Positions 1 through 10,670 of a DNA stretch of 64,000 nucleotides are shown here, in pieces (the stretch's first letter is position 1; each line of letters begins with the position of its first letter). The notes under the pieces were generated by a model. It was not told the origin of the DNA. It did not search any database and saw only the letters and a program-made list of their open reading frames with translations. This stretch comes from Candidatus Thiovulum imperiosus (GTDB taxonomy: Bacteria > Campylobacterota > Campylobacteria > Campylobacterales > Thiovulaceae): positions 15,341 to 79,340 of the forward strand of contig JAMJTW010000008.1 of assembly GCA_024281175.1 (NCBI GenBank). Direction: 5' to 3'. A program made the translations under genes and the position numbers.

Positions 1-2
1 TC

Positions 3-1991
3 ATGGAGGTTTATGATGTAAATCATCCTCTTGAGTGTGGAGTCTGCGACCAGAGTGGTGAGTGTGAGCTTCAAAACTACACTCTTCACATGGGAGTAAA
101 TGAACAGAATTACGCAATTAAGGATACCCATAAACCTGTAAAAGATTGGGGACATATCCAATACGACCCAGCACTCTGTATCGTTTGTGAAAAGTGTGTA
201 ACGGTCTGTAAAGATATGGTTGGGGACAACGCTCTGAAAACAGTTCCAAGAGGTAGTGATAAGCTGGACGCTTCTTATAAAGAGGAGATGCCAAAAGATG
301 CTTATGCGATGTGGAACAAGCTCAATAAGTCTCTAATTGGAACTACAACTGGAGAGACTCTTGACTGTTCAAGTTGTGGAGAGTGTACCGCTGTATGTCC
401 TGTTGGGGCTTTAGTTGGAACAGATTTCAAATACACTTCAAATGCTTGGGAGCTTCAGAAAATTCCTTCAACTTGTGCACACTGTTCAGTTGGGTGTTCT
501 TTAGATTATGAAGTGAAACACACTTCTGTTCATGATGATACTCAGAAGATATATCGTGTTACGAACGAGTCTCACTTCTCAACTCTTTGTGGTGCAGGAA
601 GATATGGTTATGACTTTGAGAATAGAGTTTCTGAAAGAGACGAAAGTAAGTTTTCGGAAGCAGTAGAATCTCTCAAAAATGCTGAAACGATTCTTTTCAA
701 CTCTCAAATTACAAACGAAGAAGCGAAGATTCTTCAAGATGTTGCTACTAAAACAGGAGCAAAACTTGTAAATAGAGATGCTTTTGAGTTTGGAAGATTC
801 TCAGAAGTCTATTCTGAAGTTTCTGGGAAATCGCTTTACAGCGGAGATTTAGATACTGTAAGAAACTCCAATTTTGTAATTTCTGTTGGTTCAGCACTCA
901 AAACAGATTCTCCAAACTCTCGATACGCATTTAACAACTCTCTAAAAGTGAATAAGGGAGCTGGTATCTATTTCCACCCAATTTCTGACCCAGTTGTTGG
1001 AAGCATGGGGAAAACTGTTGTTCAAGTCAATTATAAACCTCTTGAAGAAGCGACAGTTCTGAAATGGATTTTAAAGCAGTTTGGGAATCTTGAAATGGGT
1101 GAAGTTCAATTTTCAGAACTCTATTTTGGAGAGGATTTCAAAGCAGATTTAGAGAAGCTACTAAAGAAAAAAGATAAATTTTCACTTCTTATTGGAGAGG
1201 ATTTCTACGGTGCTGAAAACTGGAAAGAGTTGGCAGAACTTGTAGGTCTAATTGAGAACCATACAGACTTTTCCGTAGTTCTAATTCCAACAAATACAAA
1301 CTCTCTTGGAGTTTCTCAAATTTGTACTCTTTCGGAAACCTCATCGGGAAGAAGTTTTGGATATAACGAAAAAGCTGATTTCTGTTTCTCTGCTCTTGGA
1401 GATGGCGACCTTGATGCTCCAGCTCTAAATCAGCAAGAGGGAACTTTTGTAAATATCGATAAGAGAGTTGTAAATCTAAATGTGGCACTACCATATAATG
1501 GATATACTCTAAATGATATTGCAAATGAGGTTTTAGGTCGAGATGTTGAGAATACAGTTTCTTATACAAAAGAGCTTTTTGCGAAAGTGGAGTTTGACTC
1601 TTTTGGAAACGGTTTCACAAATTCTGGTGAAGATTTAAGAGGATATAAATTGGAAGCTGATGAGGTAGAGAAGAGAGAAGTAAAAGTAGAAGAGACTACT
1701 CCTAAAACTCTTTCAAATCCTATCTACTTGGCAAATCCAGTTCTTCAATTTGGTCTTTTCACTTCTAAAACTCACGAGTTGCAGGAAGAGGAAGGACTTT
1801 TCATCTCTCCAGAGTATGCAGAGAAGTTGGGAATTTCGGACGGTGATGAGGTAGCAGTAGCTACAAAGTTTGGAAATCTAAATACAAAAGCGATTTTAGA
1901 CAATAAAATTTCTGGTGAGATTCCATATATTGCAAACAGCTCTCTTTTTGGTAGCTATCGGTTTGCTGAAGCAAAAATTAGTAAGGTTTAA
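3..1991 (+). CDS. nuoG: NADH-quinone oxidoreductase subunit G (5' end outside window)
   Basis: Open to window edge; Fe-S Cys clusters HPLECGVCDQSGEC, CIVCEKCVTVC, CSSCGECTAVCPVG, CAHCSVGC; immediately precedes nuoH-N. Confidence 0.9.
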   Translation: MEVYDVNHPLECGVCDQSGECELQNYTLHMGVNEQNYAIKDTHKPVKDWGHIQYDPALCIVCEKCVTVCKDMVGDNALKTVPRGSDKLDASYKEEMPKDAYAMWNKLNKSLIGTTTGETLDCSSCGECTAVCPVGALVGTDFKYTSNAWELQKIPSTCAHCSVGCSLDYEVKHTSVHDDTQKIYRVTNESHFSTLCGAGRYGYDFENRVSERDESKFSEAVESLKNAETILFNSQITNEEAKILQDVATKTGAKLVNRDAFEFGRFSEVYSEVSGKSLYSGDLDTVRNSNFVISVGSALKTDSPNSRYAFNNSLKVNKGAGIYFHPISDPVVGSMGKTVVQVNYKPLEEATVLKWILKQFGNLEMGEVQFSELYFGEDFKADLEKLLKKKDKFSLLIGEDFYGAENWKELAELVGLIENHTDFSVVLIPTNTNSLGVSQICTLSETSSGRSFGYNEKADFCFSALGDGDLDAPALNQQEGTFVNIDKRVVNLNVALPYNGYTLNDIANEVLGRDVENTVSYTKELFAKVEFDSFGNGFTNSGEDLRGYKLEADEVEKREVKVEETTPKTLSNPIYLANPVLQFGLFTSKTHELQEEEGLFISPEYAEKLGISDGDEVAVATKFGNLNTKAILDNKISGEIPYIANSSLFGSYRFAEAKISKV

Positions 1992-1993
1992 AA

Positions 1994-2980
1994 ATGGAAT
2001 TAGATGTTTTTATAATTCAGACCCTAATAAATGTTCTTATCATTTTAGGAGTCTTTTCAGCTCTTGCTGGATTTACGACCTATCTTGAGAGAAAGGTTCT
2101 TGCCTTTATGCAGAGACGACTTGGTCCAATGTATGTTGGTCCTTACGGTCTTCTCCAAGTTTTGGCTGATGGTATTAAGCTCTTTACAAAAGAGGATATT
2201 GTTCCAACAAATTCGATACAGACAGTATTCAAACTTGCTCCTGTAATTCTTCCTGCTTCAGCATTCATTGCTTTTGCAGGAGTTCCATTCCTACCAGATA
2301 TGGAGATTTTTGGAGTAACTTTCCAACCTCTTATTGTAGATAGCAATGCGGGAATTCTCTTTGTTCTTGGAATGATGGCTGTTGGAATGTTCTCACCACT
2401 TCTTGCTGGTCTCTCTTCAGGAAACAAGTGGTCACTTCTTGGAGGTGCAAGAACTGCTATCCAACTTCTAAGTTTTGAGGTCATTACAGGTCTCTCTGTT
2501 TTAGCTCCTTTAATGCTTGTTGGAAGTTTAAGTCTAATTGATATAAATAATTACCAAATCGAAAATGGTTGGTTAATTTGGCAACAGCCTATTGCATTCT
2601 TCCTATTCCTAATCGCAGGATATGCTGAAACAAACAGAACTCCATTTGACCTACTTGAGCATGAAGCGGAAGTTGTTTCTGGATATGCAACAGAGTATTC
2701 TGGAATGAGATGGGGACTCTTCTTTATTGGTGAGTATGTCAATATGTATATTGTTGCTTTCCTTACAGTTCTTATCTTTTTTGGTGGATTTGGTGAGGGA
2801 ACTTTTGTAGATGGTCTTCTCTACTTAGCAAAAGTCTTCTTCTTTATTTTCCTATTCCTCTGGACAAGAGCTGCTTGGCCACACCTTCGACCTGACCAAT
2901 TGATGTGGCTAACTTGGAAAGTGCTAATGCCTCTAGCTGTTGTGAATATCGTAATCACTGGCTTAGTGGTAATGTTTTAA
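1994..2980 (+). CDS. nuoH: NADH-quinone oxidoreductase subunit H
   Basis: Polytopic membrane protein with GLLQVLADGIKLFTKED and AETNRTPFDLLEHEAEVVSGYATEYSGMRW motifs typical of NuoH/ND1. Confidence 0.95.
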   Translation: MELDVFIIQTLINVLIILGVFSALAGFTTYLERKVLAFMQRRLGPMYVGPYGLLQVLADGIKLFTKEDIVPTNSIQTVFKLAPVILPASAFIAFAGVPFLPDMEIFGVTFQPLIVDSNAGILFVLGMMAVGMFSPLLAGLSSGNKWSLLGGARTAIQLLSFEVITGLSVLAPLMLVGSLSLIDINNYQIENGWLIWQQPIAFFLFLIAGYAETNRTPFDLLEHEAEVVSGYATEYSGMRWGLFFIGEYVNMYIVAFLTVLIFFGGFGEGTFVDGLLYLAKVFFFIFLFLWTRAAWPHLRPDQLMWLTWKVLMPLAVVNIVITGLVVMF

Positions 2981-2989
2981 GGAGAAAGT

Positions 2990-3589
2990 ATGAAAGAATT
3001 AGAAATTCGAGGTTCTCAAAATTATGTTCCAGTGGAGATTGAGGATTATCCTACGAGTGGTTGGGACAAATTTACACAAGTTGTAAAACGGACTCTTAAG
3101 GGAGAACTCTTTGTAGGACTTTGGGTAGTTTTTAGAGAGATGGTGAAGTTTGATATTCACACACTTCAATATCCAGAAGAGGTTCTTCCAGTCTCTCCAA
3201 GATACCGAGCAGTTCATAAACTCCTCTTGCTTTTAGAGAGTGGTAGTGAAAGATGTATCGGTTGCGGTCTTTGTGAAAAGATTTGTATCGCTGACTGTAT
3301 CAGAATGGACACTAAAGTTGATGAGAACTCTCGAAAAGAGGTTACAGAATACTCTATAAATCTTGGAAGATGTATCTTCTGTGGATATTGTGCTGAAGTT
3401 TGTCCAGAACTTGCAATTGTTCACGGTCCTCGATATGAGAATGTTAGTGAGCAGAGAGCCCATTTTGCTCTTAAAGATGATATGCTAACTCCAATCGATA
3501 TGCTCAAAGCACAGAAAGAGTACCCTGGATTTGGTGCTTTATCTCCAAATGCTGATGAGTTGGTGAAGAAAACACCACTTGCTTACTAG
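2990..3589 (+). CDS. nuoI: NADH-quinone oxidoreductase subunit I
   Basis: Two 4Fe-4S ferredoxin motifs CIGCGLCEKIC and CIFCGYCAEVCP; operon position. Confidence 0.95.
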   Translation: MKELEIRGSQNYVPVEIEDYPTSGWDKFTQVVKRTLKGELFVGLWVVFREMVKFDIHTLQYPEEVLPVSPRYRAVHKLLLLLESGSERCIGCGLCEKICIADCIRMDTKVDENSRKEVTEYSINLGRCIFCGYCAEVCPELAIVHGPRYENVSEQRAHFALKDDMLTPIDMLKAQKEYPGFGALSPNADELVKKTPLAY

Positions 3590-3597
3590 GAGTAAAT

Positions 3598-4131
3598 ATG
3601 TTTGAAACTATCGCATTTTATACTTTTTCATTTTTGACAATTTTAGCTTTTGCTATTACTGTTACGACAAAAAATGTTCTTTATGCAATGTCATCTTTGG
3701 CTGGAGGAATGATTATCATTTCTGGAATGTTCTTCCTACTAAATGCTGACTTCTTAGGAGTTGTTCAAATTATCGTTTATACAGGTGCAGTTATTGCCCT
3801 TTACGCTTTTGCAATGATTTTCTTCGACTCTACAAAAGATATAGTTGAGACAAAAACAGGTAAAACTTTTTTCATACTTACAGTTTTAAGTTCTGTAATG
3901 CTTGTTTTAATTCTCACAATTCCAATGGCATCAGGGCAAGTTGAAGCTCTTTATCCAATTCATGAAGGAGTTGGAAATGCTCAAGATGTTGGAATGGTTC
4001 TCTTTACCAAATATTTAGTTCCTTTTGAAGTTGCTGCGGTTATGTTACTTGTAGCGATGATTGGTGGAATTATTATGGCTGGAAAAAAGATGGACAAAAA
4101 TCTTACAGAAATTAAGGAGAATGAAGAATGA
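3598..4131 (+). CDS. nuoJ: NADH-quinone oxidoreductase subunit J
   Basis: 177-aa hydrophobic protein between nuoI and nuoK; 4-nt overlap with nuoK. Confidence 0.9.
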   Translation: MFETIAFYTFSFLTILAFAITVTTKNVLYAMSSLAGGMIIISGMFFLLNADFLGVVQIIVYTGAVIALYAFAMIFFDSTKDIVETKTGKTFFILTVLSSVMLVLILTIPMASGQVEALYPIHEGVGNAQDVGMVLFTKYLVPFEVAAVMLLVAMIGGIIMAGKKMDKNLTEIKENEE

Positions 4132-4430
4132 TTACTTTAGAACATTACATCGTTCTCTCCACAATTCTATTTGCAATAGGAATGTATGGAGTAGTTGTCA
4201 GAAAAAATCTCTTAATGCTCTTTTTCTCAACAGAGATAATGTTAAACGCTGTAAATATCGCTCTTGCTGCTATCTCAAACCATTATGGAGACCTTACAGG
4301 TCAGATGTTCGCCTTTTTCATCATCGCAATCGCTGCGAGTGAAGTGGCAATCGGTTTAGGTCTTCTTATCATCTGGTATAAGAGACACGGTAGTATCGAT
4401 TTAGAGACTTTACAGTCTATGAAAGGTTAG
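4128..4430 (+). CDS. nuoK: NADH-quinone oxidoreductase subunit K
   Basis: 100-aa three-helix membrane protein, AASEVAIGLGLLI motif, operon position. Confidence 0.9.
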   Translation: MITLEHYIVLSTILFAIGMYGVVVRKNLLMLFFSTEIMLNAVNIALAAISNHYGDLTGQMFAFFIIAIAASEVAIGLGLLIIWYKRHGSIDLETLQSMKG

Positions 4431-4432
4431 GT

Positions 4433-6340
4433 ATGAGTGAAGAAACACTTTTATATATAGCACTTTTTTCTCCGATAGTGAGTTCTCTCTTTGCTGCTCT
4501 TTTTGGAACAGTTCCAAAGAGAGTTTTTGTTGGAGTTGTTACATCGGGACTTATTGGACTTTCGTTCCTCTCTTCTTTAGCTCTTTTCATTCATCTTCAA
4601 AGTGGTAGTGGAGTTGTCCATGTTCAGATGTTTGATTGGATAATGGCTGGAGATTTCTCTGTTCCTTTTGGTTTCCTTGTTGATGAGGTTACGGTAACTA
4701 TGATGTTAGTCGTTTCCCTTGTTTCAACAGCAGTTCATATCTACTCAATTGGATATATGGAGCATGATAAAGGTTTCAATAGATTTTTCTCTTACCTTTC
4801 TGCTTTTGTATTCTCAATGATGTTCCTTGTAATGAGTGATAACTTCCTTGGTCTTTTTATCGGTTGGGAAGGTGTTGGACTCTGTTCTTGGCTTCTAATT
4901 GGGTTCTGGTATCATAAACACTCTGCTGGTTGGGCTGCAAATGAGGCTTTCATCATGAACAGAATTGCTGACCTTGGAATGCTACTTGGTATCTTCCTTA
5001 TCTACTGGACTTATGGTTCTGTTCAATACGATGTAGTTTTCAGTGCTGTTTCTGAAGCAGATGGAGAAATCTTAACTTGGATAGCAATTTTCCTTTTCAT
5101 TGGAGCAATGGGTAAGTCGGCACAGTTCCCACTTCACACATGGCTTGCAGATGCGATGGAAGGTCCTACTCCAGTTTCAGCTCTAATTCACGCAGCGACG
5201 ATGGTTACAGCAGGGGTTTATCTTGTAATTCGTGCAAATGAACTCTTTGCACTTACACCTGAAGTTGGTCTTTTCATAGCTTCACTAGGTGCATTTGTAG
5301 CGATGTTTGCAGCAACAATGGCTCTTGTAAATAGAGATATTAAGAGAATTATTGCCTACTCCACTCTTTCACAATTAGGATATATGTTTGTGGCAGCTGG
5401 ACTTGGTGCTTACTGGATAGCTCTTTTCCACCTTGTAACACACGCATTCTTTAAAGCTCTACTCTTCTTAGGTGCTGGAAATGTTATGCACGCAATGAAT
5501 GATGAGTTGAATATTATGAAGATGGGTGGAATGAGAAAAGTTATGGGCTGGACAGCAATTCTTATGCTACTAGCTTCACTTGCTCTTGCGGGTATCTATC
5601 CATTTGCTGGTTTCTTCTCTAAAGATAAAATCTTAGAAGTAGCATTTGATGGACACTACTACATCTTATGGGCAACTCTCTGGATTACAGCTGGTCTTAC
5701 TGCGTTCTACTCTTTCAGAGTTGTAATGCTTGTATTCTTCGGAAAAGAGAGATACAAAGATTTCGGTTTTCACCCACACGAAGCTCACGACTACATGATT
5801 TGGGCAATGGTTCCATTAGCTGTTCTTGCAGTAATCGCTGGTTTCTTTGAACATCAATTTGTGGCATTCGTTTCAAATGTTCTTCCAGTTTATGAGTTCT
5901 CTGAACATACACACCATATGGTTGGACAACTAATCTTAGTTACATCAGCAATTGCGATTACAGGTATTGCTATTGCTGTATTCTCCAATATGTTTAGAGA
6001 GGGTGTATTCAGTTCAGCATTTAGAAACACTATCCTTTTCAAACTTTTTGACAATCAATACTATATTCCTAAAATTTATGAAGAGGTAATTACAAAACCT
6101 TATATGGAACTCTCAAAAGTTTTCTGGGAAAAAGTAGATATGAAAATTGTTGATGCTTCTGTTGATGGAATTGCAAATATTCTCCGAAGCACTGGAGAAA
6201 ATACAAGAGGAATGCAGAGTGGAAATCTGTCTTACATGTTAAGATGGATGGCTGGTGGAATGATGCTAATTTTACTTTTTGCTATTGTCTATACCTATTC
6301 TGATGTTCTCTTAAATATCTTACAAGGAGTGGCGAAATAA
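4433..6340 (+). CDS. nuoL: NADH-quinone oxidoreductase subunit L
   Basis: Antiporter-like subunit, WLADAMEGPTPVSALIHAATMVTAGVYL motif. Confidence 0.95.
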   Translation: MSEETLLYIALFSPIVSSLFAALFGTVPKRVFVGVVTSGLIGLSFLSSLALFIHLQSGSGVVHVQMFDWIMAGDFSVPFGFLVDEVTVTMMLVVSLVSTAVHIYSIGYMEHDKGFNRFFSYLSAFVFSMMFLVMSDNFLGLFIGWEGVGLCSWLLIGFWYHKHSAGWAANEAFIMNRIADLGMLLGIFLIYWTYGSVQYDVVFSAVSEADGEILTWIAIFLFIGAMGKSAQFPLHTWLADAMEGPTPVSALIHAATMVTAGVYLVIRANELFALTPEVGLFIASLGAFVAMFAATMALVNRDIKRIIAYSTLSQLGYMFVAAGLGAYWIALFHLVTHAFFKALLFLGAGNVMHAMNDELNIMKMGGMRKVMGWTAILMLLASLALAGIYPFAGFFSKDKILEVAFDGHYYILWATLWITAGLTAFYSFRVVMLVFFGKERYKDFGFHPHEAHDYMIWAMVPLAVLAVIAGFFEHQFVAFVSNVLPVYEFSEHTHHMVGQLILVTSAIAITGIAIAVFSNMFREGVFSSAFRNTILFKLFDNQYYIPKIYEEVITKPYMELSKVFWEKVDMKIVDASVDGIANILRSTGENTRGMQSGNLSYMLRWMAGGMMLILLFAIVYTYSDVLLNILQGVAK

Positions 6341-7866
6341 TGGACTACATCTTATCCCTTCTCGTCTTCTTTCCAGCAGTAGCTGGACTTTTTGGTTTCC
6401 TAATTCAGAGAGATGCGATGAGGTCTTATGCAATTACAATTGCAATTATTGAACTTATCTTCTCTCTTGCTCTATGGGCAAATTTTGACGCTTCAAATCC
6501 ATTTATGCAGTTTACTGAACACGCTTCTATTGTTCCTGCATTTGGAATAAACTATCTCTTAGGAGTTGATGGAATTTCTCTATTCCTAATTGTACTTACA
6601 ACTTTTATGTCTTTGGTTGGAATTATTTCAATAAATCCAAATACAAAAGATTTAAAAGAACTTCTAATTGCACTACTCTTTTTAGAGATGACAATGGTAG
6701 GAGTTTTCGTAGCACTTGATGCAATTCTATTCTATGTTTTCTGGGAGTTATCTCTTGTTCCTATGCTCTATATCATTGGAGTTTGGGGAGCAGAAAATAG
6801 AATTTATGCAGCTATTAAATTCTTCCTTTATACATTTGCTGGTTCTCTAATTATGCTTGTTGGTATGCTTGTTATGGCATATTTCTACTTCCAAGCAACA
6901 GGAGTATGGACATTCTCACTTCTTGATTGGCATATGCTTCAATTACCATTTGATTACCAACTCTGGCTCTTTGTGGCATTCTTCTTAGGTTTTGCAATCA
7001 AAGTTCCAATGTTTCCATTTCATACATGGTTACCGTATGCTCACGGTCAAGCTCCAACAGTGGGTTCTGTAATTCTTGCAGCGATACTACTCAAGATGGG
7101 AACTTACGGTTTTGTAAGATACTCTTTACCTCTATTTCCAGACGCTTCTGTCTACTTCCTCACTCCAATTGCGATACTCTCTATCATTATGATAATTTAT
7201 ACAGCAATGGTTGCTTTTGCTCAAAAAGATATAAAACAACTTGTAGCTTACTCATCAATTTCTCATATGGGAGTTGTTGTAATTGGTACATTTGCACTAA
7301 ATCCAGAAGGGATTACAGGTTCTATTTTCTTAATGATTTCTCACGGTATCGTTTCGGGAGCATTGTTCCTCTTGGTTGGTGTAATTTATGAGAGAAGACA
7401 TACAAAGAAGATTGCAGAGTTTGGAGGACTAGCTTCAGTAATGCCTCGATTTGCACTTATCTTTGGAATTATGATGATGGCTTCAATGGGGCTTCCTTTA
7501 ACTATTGGGTTTGTAGGTGAGTTCCTTTCACTTCTTGGAATTTATAAAGTCTCTGAACTATTTGCAATTCTTTCTGGAACTGCGGTAGTAGTTGGTGTTG
7601 TATATATGCTTTACGCTTATAAAAATGCTTTCTTTGGAGAAGTTACAAATGAGAAAAACAGAGGTCTAAAAGATTTAAATGGTAGAGAGTATACAACTCT
7701 AATTCCACTAACTCTTTTAGTAGTTTTCTTGGGAATTTATCCAAAACCTATTTTAGAGCCAGTAGACAACTCTGTAAAAGCTATGGTTTCTCTAATGCAT
7801 CAAAAAGCTCTTACAGAAGAGGCTAGAGAAGTAATTCCTGAAATTAAATCAGAGGAGGTAAAATAG
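6340..7866 (+). CDS. nuoM: NADH-quinone oxidoreductase subunit M
   Basis: Antiporter-like subunit, FHTWLPYAHGQAPTVGSVILAAILLKMGTYG motif; 1-nt overlap with nuoL. Confidence 0.95.
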   Translation: MDYILSLLVFFPAVAGLFGFLIQRDAMRSYAITIAIIELIFSLALWANFDASNPFMQFTEHASIVPAFGINYLLGVDGISLFLIVLTTFMSLVGIISINPNTKDLKELLIALLFLEMTMVGVFVALDAILFYVFWELSLVPMLYIIGVWGAENRIYAAIKFFLYTFAGSLIMLVGMLVMAYFYFQATGVWTFSLLDWHMLQLPFDYQLWLFVAFFLGFAIKVPMFPFHTWLPYAHGQAPTVGSVILAAILLKMGTYGFVRYSLPLFPDASVYFLTPIAILSIIMIIYTAMVAFAQKDIKQLVAYSSISHMGVVVIGTFALNPEGITGSIFLMISHGIVSGALFLLVGVIYERRHTKKIAEFGGLASVMPRFALIFGIMMMASMGLPLTIGFVGEFLSLLGIYKVSELFAILSGTAVVVGVVYMLYAYKNAFFGEVTNEKNRGLKDLNGREYTTLIPLTLLVVFLGIYPKPILEPVDNSVKAMVSLMHQKALTEEAREVIPEIKSEEVK

Positions 7867-7868
7867 AG

Positions 7869-9359
7869 ATGTTAGAAGCTGTAAATATCTCTTTTGAGTC
7901 GCTAAATATGGCGACTCTAACCCCAATGCTTGTAGCAATTGTGGGTGCTTTAGCAATTCTTACGATTGACCTCTTTAAAGAGGAGATGGATAAGACTCTA
8001 TATATTGTTCTTACAATTCTTTTCCTTGTAGCAGATTTAAGTACTGTTCTTGGTCAAACAATGGGAGAACGAGGTTTCTTCGATGTGATGCTTATTGATG
8101 GATTGGCAATTCTTGCTCAAATAGTCCTTCTAATTGGTTCAATTATCTTTATTCCTCTCGCATTCTCTTCTCAAAGATTTCATGAGTATCGATATCCAGA
8201 GTTCTTTGCACTCTTCCTGTTTATGACTGCTGGTTTCCAATTTATGGTGGCAACAGACAACCTCATCCTCATTTTTGTAGGTCTTGAAACAGCAAGTTTA
8301 GCTCTTTACACTCTGATTGTTCTTCACAATAAAGATAAGAGTTTTGAAGCTGCTATCAAGTACTTTACAATGGGTGCTCTTGCGGCTGGTTTCTTTGCTT
8401 TCTCTGGAATGATTTTCTACGGTCTTACAGGTAGTGTTGAACTTTTCAAAATCTTTGAAGTTCTTGAAGCTAGAAACTTTGAACCGATGATACTAATTCT
8501 TACAGCATCTGTTTTCATGCTTGCTTCTTTTGGTTTCAAAATGGCAATTGTTCCTTTCCACACTTGGGGACCAGATGTTTATGAGGGTTCTTCAGCAGCT
8601 CTTGCTGGATATATCTCAATTGTTCCGAAGGTTGCTGCTTTTGTGGTAATTATGAGAATTTTTGAGGGACTTATCGCTTCTGGAATTGTTTGGATTGAGT
8701 ATATTTTCTATGCAATAGTAGTTCTAACTATGACTCTTGCAAATATCTGGGCATTAGTTCAGAAAGATGTTAAGAGAATGTTGGCTTACTCTTCAATCTC
8801 TCATGCTGGTTTTGTAATGGCAGCTATTATGATTGGAACAACTCAAGCAAACAGTGCAATTTTTGTCTATTGGATACTATTCTCTTTCACAAACTTAGGA
8901 GCATTTGCTATGCTTTGGGTTTCTCATAAGAAAGATAGTAACTATCATGAGAGGTTTGACCACCCATTCGAAAAGTTTTCTGGAATGGTAAAAATGTCAC
9001 CACTTTCTGCTGTTCTTATGGGACTTTTTATGCTAACTCTTGCTGGAATTCCTCCATTCTCAATTTTTTGGGGAAAACTCTATCTTGTAAGTTCAGCAGT
9101 AAATGCTGGTTATCTGGTTTTAGCTGTAATTATGGTTTTAAATAGTGCAATTGCTGCTTACTATTATGCAAAACTTATAGTTTATATGTTTATGAAAGAG
9201 CCTGAAACTGGTGTAGATGGTTCAGTTTATATGATGAATGCATCTATCTCTCTCAAAGTAATGTTAGGAATTGCTGCATTTTTTACAGCTCTTTCTATCT
9301 TTATTGTCAATCCTGTTCTTGAACTCTCTGACTTTTTTATATATAGTAGTGGTTTCTAA
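7869..9359 (+). CDS. nuoN: NADH-quinone oxidoreductase subunit N
   Basis: Antiporter-like subunit, PFHTWGPDVYEGSSAALAGYISIVPKVAAF motif; last gene of operon. Confidence 0.9.
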   Translation: MLEAVNISFESLNMATLTPMLVAIVGALAILTIDLFKEEMDKTLYIVLTILFLVADLSTVLGQTMGERGFFDVMLIDGLAILAQIVLLIGSIIFIPLAFSSQRFHEYRYPEFFALFLFMTAGFQFMVATDNLILIFVGLETASLALYTLIVLHNKDKSFEAAIKYFTMGALAAGFFAFSGMIFYGLTGSVELFKIFEVLEARNFEPMILILTASVFMLASFGFKMAIVPFHTWGPDVYEGSSAALAGYISIVPKVAAFVVIMRIFEGLIASGIVWIEYIFYAIVVLTMTLANIWALVQKDVKRMLAYSSISHAGFVMAAIMIGTTQANSAIFVYWILFSFTNLGAFAMLWVSHKKDSNYHERFDHPFEKFSGMVKMSPLSAVLMGLFMLTLAGIPPFSIFWGKLYLVSSAVNAGYLVLAVIMVLNSAIAAYYYAKLIVYMFMKEPETGVDGSVYMMNASISLKVMLGIAAFFTALSIFIVNPVLELSDFFIYSSGF

Positions 9360-9365
9360 GAATTT

Positions 9366-9386
9366 TAGAGGGGAATTCCCCCTCTA
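9366..9386. terminator. GC-rich hairpin between convergent nuoN and dehydrogenase gene (bidirectional terminator candidate)
   Basis: TAGAGGGG-AATT-CCCC(C)TCTA inverted repeat in the 30-nt spacer between two stop codons, T/A-rich flanks. Confidence 0.6.
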
Positions 9387-9389
9387 GCT

Positions 9390-10568
9390 TTACTCTATTC
9401 TCAATACTTTCCAAGGTAAGCCTCTTAAATTTAGTTCTGTCATAAATGGGTCTGGGTCAAACTCTTCCATATTGAAAACTCCTTCTCCTTTCCACTCTTT
9501 TTCTAAAACAAGTTTTGCTCCAATCATTGCAGGAACTCCTGTTGTAAAAGAGACTCCATTTGCTTTTGTATCTCTATACGCCTCTTCATGCTCAGAAACA
9601 TTGTAGATGTAGTAAGTTTTCTTTACACCATCTTTAATGCCTTTTATGTAAGTTCCAATGTTTGTCTTTCCTTTTGTTCTCTCTCCAAGTGTTGCAGGGT
9701 CAGGAAGAACTTTTTGAAGAAACTGAATAGGAGCTATCTTTTCATTTCCAATTTCGATAGGCTCAATACTCGTCATACCTATATTTTCTAAAACTCGAAG
9801 ATGAGTTAGATACTTTTCAGAGAAAGTCATGAAAAATCGAATCTGCTTTAAATTTGGAATATTTTTTACAAGAGATTCCATCTCTTCATGATAGATGAGG
9901 TATGAATCTCGAACTCCAACTTCTGGATAATTCCAATCTATTTTTTCAGAAAGTGCTGGAATTTCATACCAAACACCCTCTTTCCAGTATCTACCATTTG
10001 CAGTGATTTCACGAATGTTGATTTCTGGATTAAAGTTTGTAGCAAAATGGTAGCCATGGTCTCCATCATTACAATCTAAAATATCGATTTCATGAATTTC
10101 ATCAAAAAGATGTTTTTGAGCATGTGCTACAAATATATTTGTAACTCCAGGGTCAAAACCACTACCAAGAACTCCTAAAATACCAGCTTCTTTGAACTTC
10201 TCATCTCGAGCCCATTGCTCTTTATACTCAAATTTAGCTATATCTGGATGCTCATAATTTGCAGTATCAAGATAGTGAACTTCTGTTTTGATACAAGCGT
10301 CCATAATTGCTAAGTCTTGGTAAGGTAGAGCAACATTTACAACAATATCTGGCTTCCATTTCTCTATGGCACTTACAACTTTGGAAACCTCATCAGCATT
10401 GATAGAGTCTGTAAATATTTCTCCATCTATTTCAGAAGCTATTTGCTCACATTTTGAAACTGTTCTACTTGCCAAAACTATCTTTTCAAAAACTTCTCTA
10501 TTTTGTGCCATTTTATGAACTACAACCCGTCCAACACCACCAGCACCTATTACTAAAGCTGTTCCCAT
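9390..10568 (-). CDS. Carboxynorspermidine/saccharopine dehydrogenase family protein
   Basis: N-terminal Rossmann MGTALVIGAGGVGRVVVHKMAQN typical of carboxynorspermidine dehydrogenase. ORF track starts 11 codons earlier (10601); I prefer the second ATG at 10568. Confidence 0.8.
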   Translation of the reverse strand: MGTALVIGAGGVGRVVVHKMAQNREVFEKIVLASRTVSKCEQIASEIDGEIFTDSINADEVSKVVSAIEKWKPDIVVNVALPYQDLAIMDACIKTEVHYLDTANYEHPDIAKFEYKEQWARDEKFKEAGILGVLGSGFDPGVTNIFVAHAQKHLFDEIHEIDILDCNDGDHGYHFATNFNPEINIREITANGRYWKEGVWYEIPALSEKIDWNYPEVGVRDSYLIYHEEMESLVKNIPNLKQIRFFMTFSEKYLTHLRVLENIGMTSIEPIEIGNEKIAPIQFLQKVLPDPATLGERTKGKTNIGTYIKGIKDGVKKTYYIYNVSEHEEAYRDTKANGVSFTTGVPAMIGAKLVLEKEWKGEGVFNMEEFDPDPFMTELNLRGLPWKVLRIE

Positions 10569-10670
10569 TTTTTTCCCAATTTTTAAATATATATATTTCA
10601 TTTTCTAAAACATATTTTTTGAGTTAAAATTATAAACTATATTAGGAAAGGAGATGCGGTTTTCCCAATT

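Noticed and set aside
10640-10662. GGAAAGGAGAT 11-mer matching part of the repeat module at 23336-23347
   Set aside because: It is too short to distinguish from chance, and it coincides with the likely Shine-Dalgarno region of the kinase gene.
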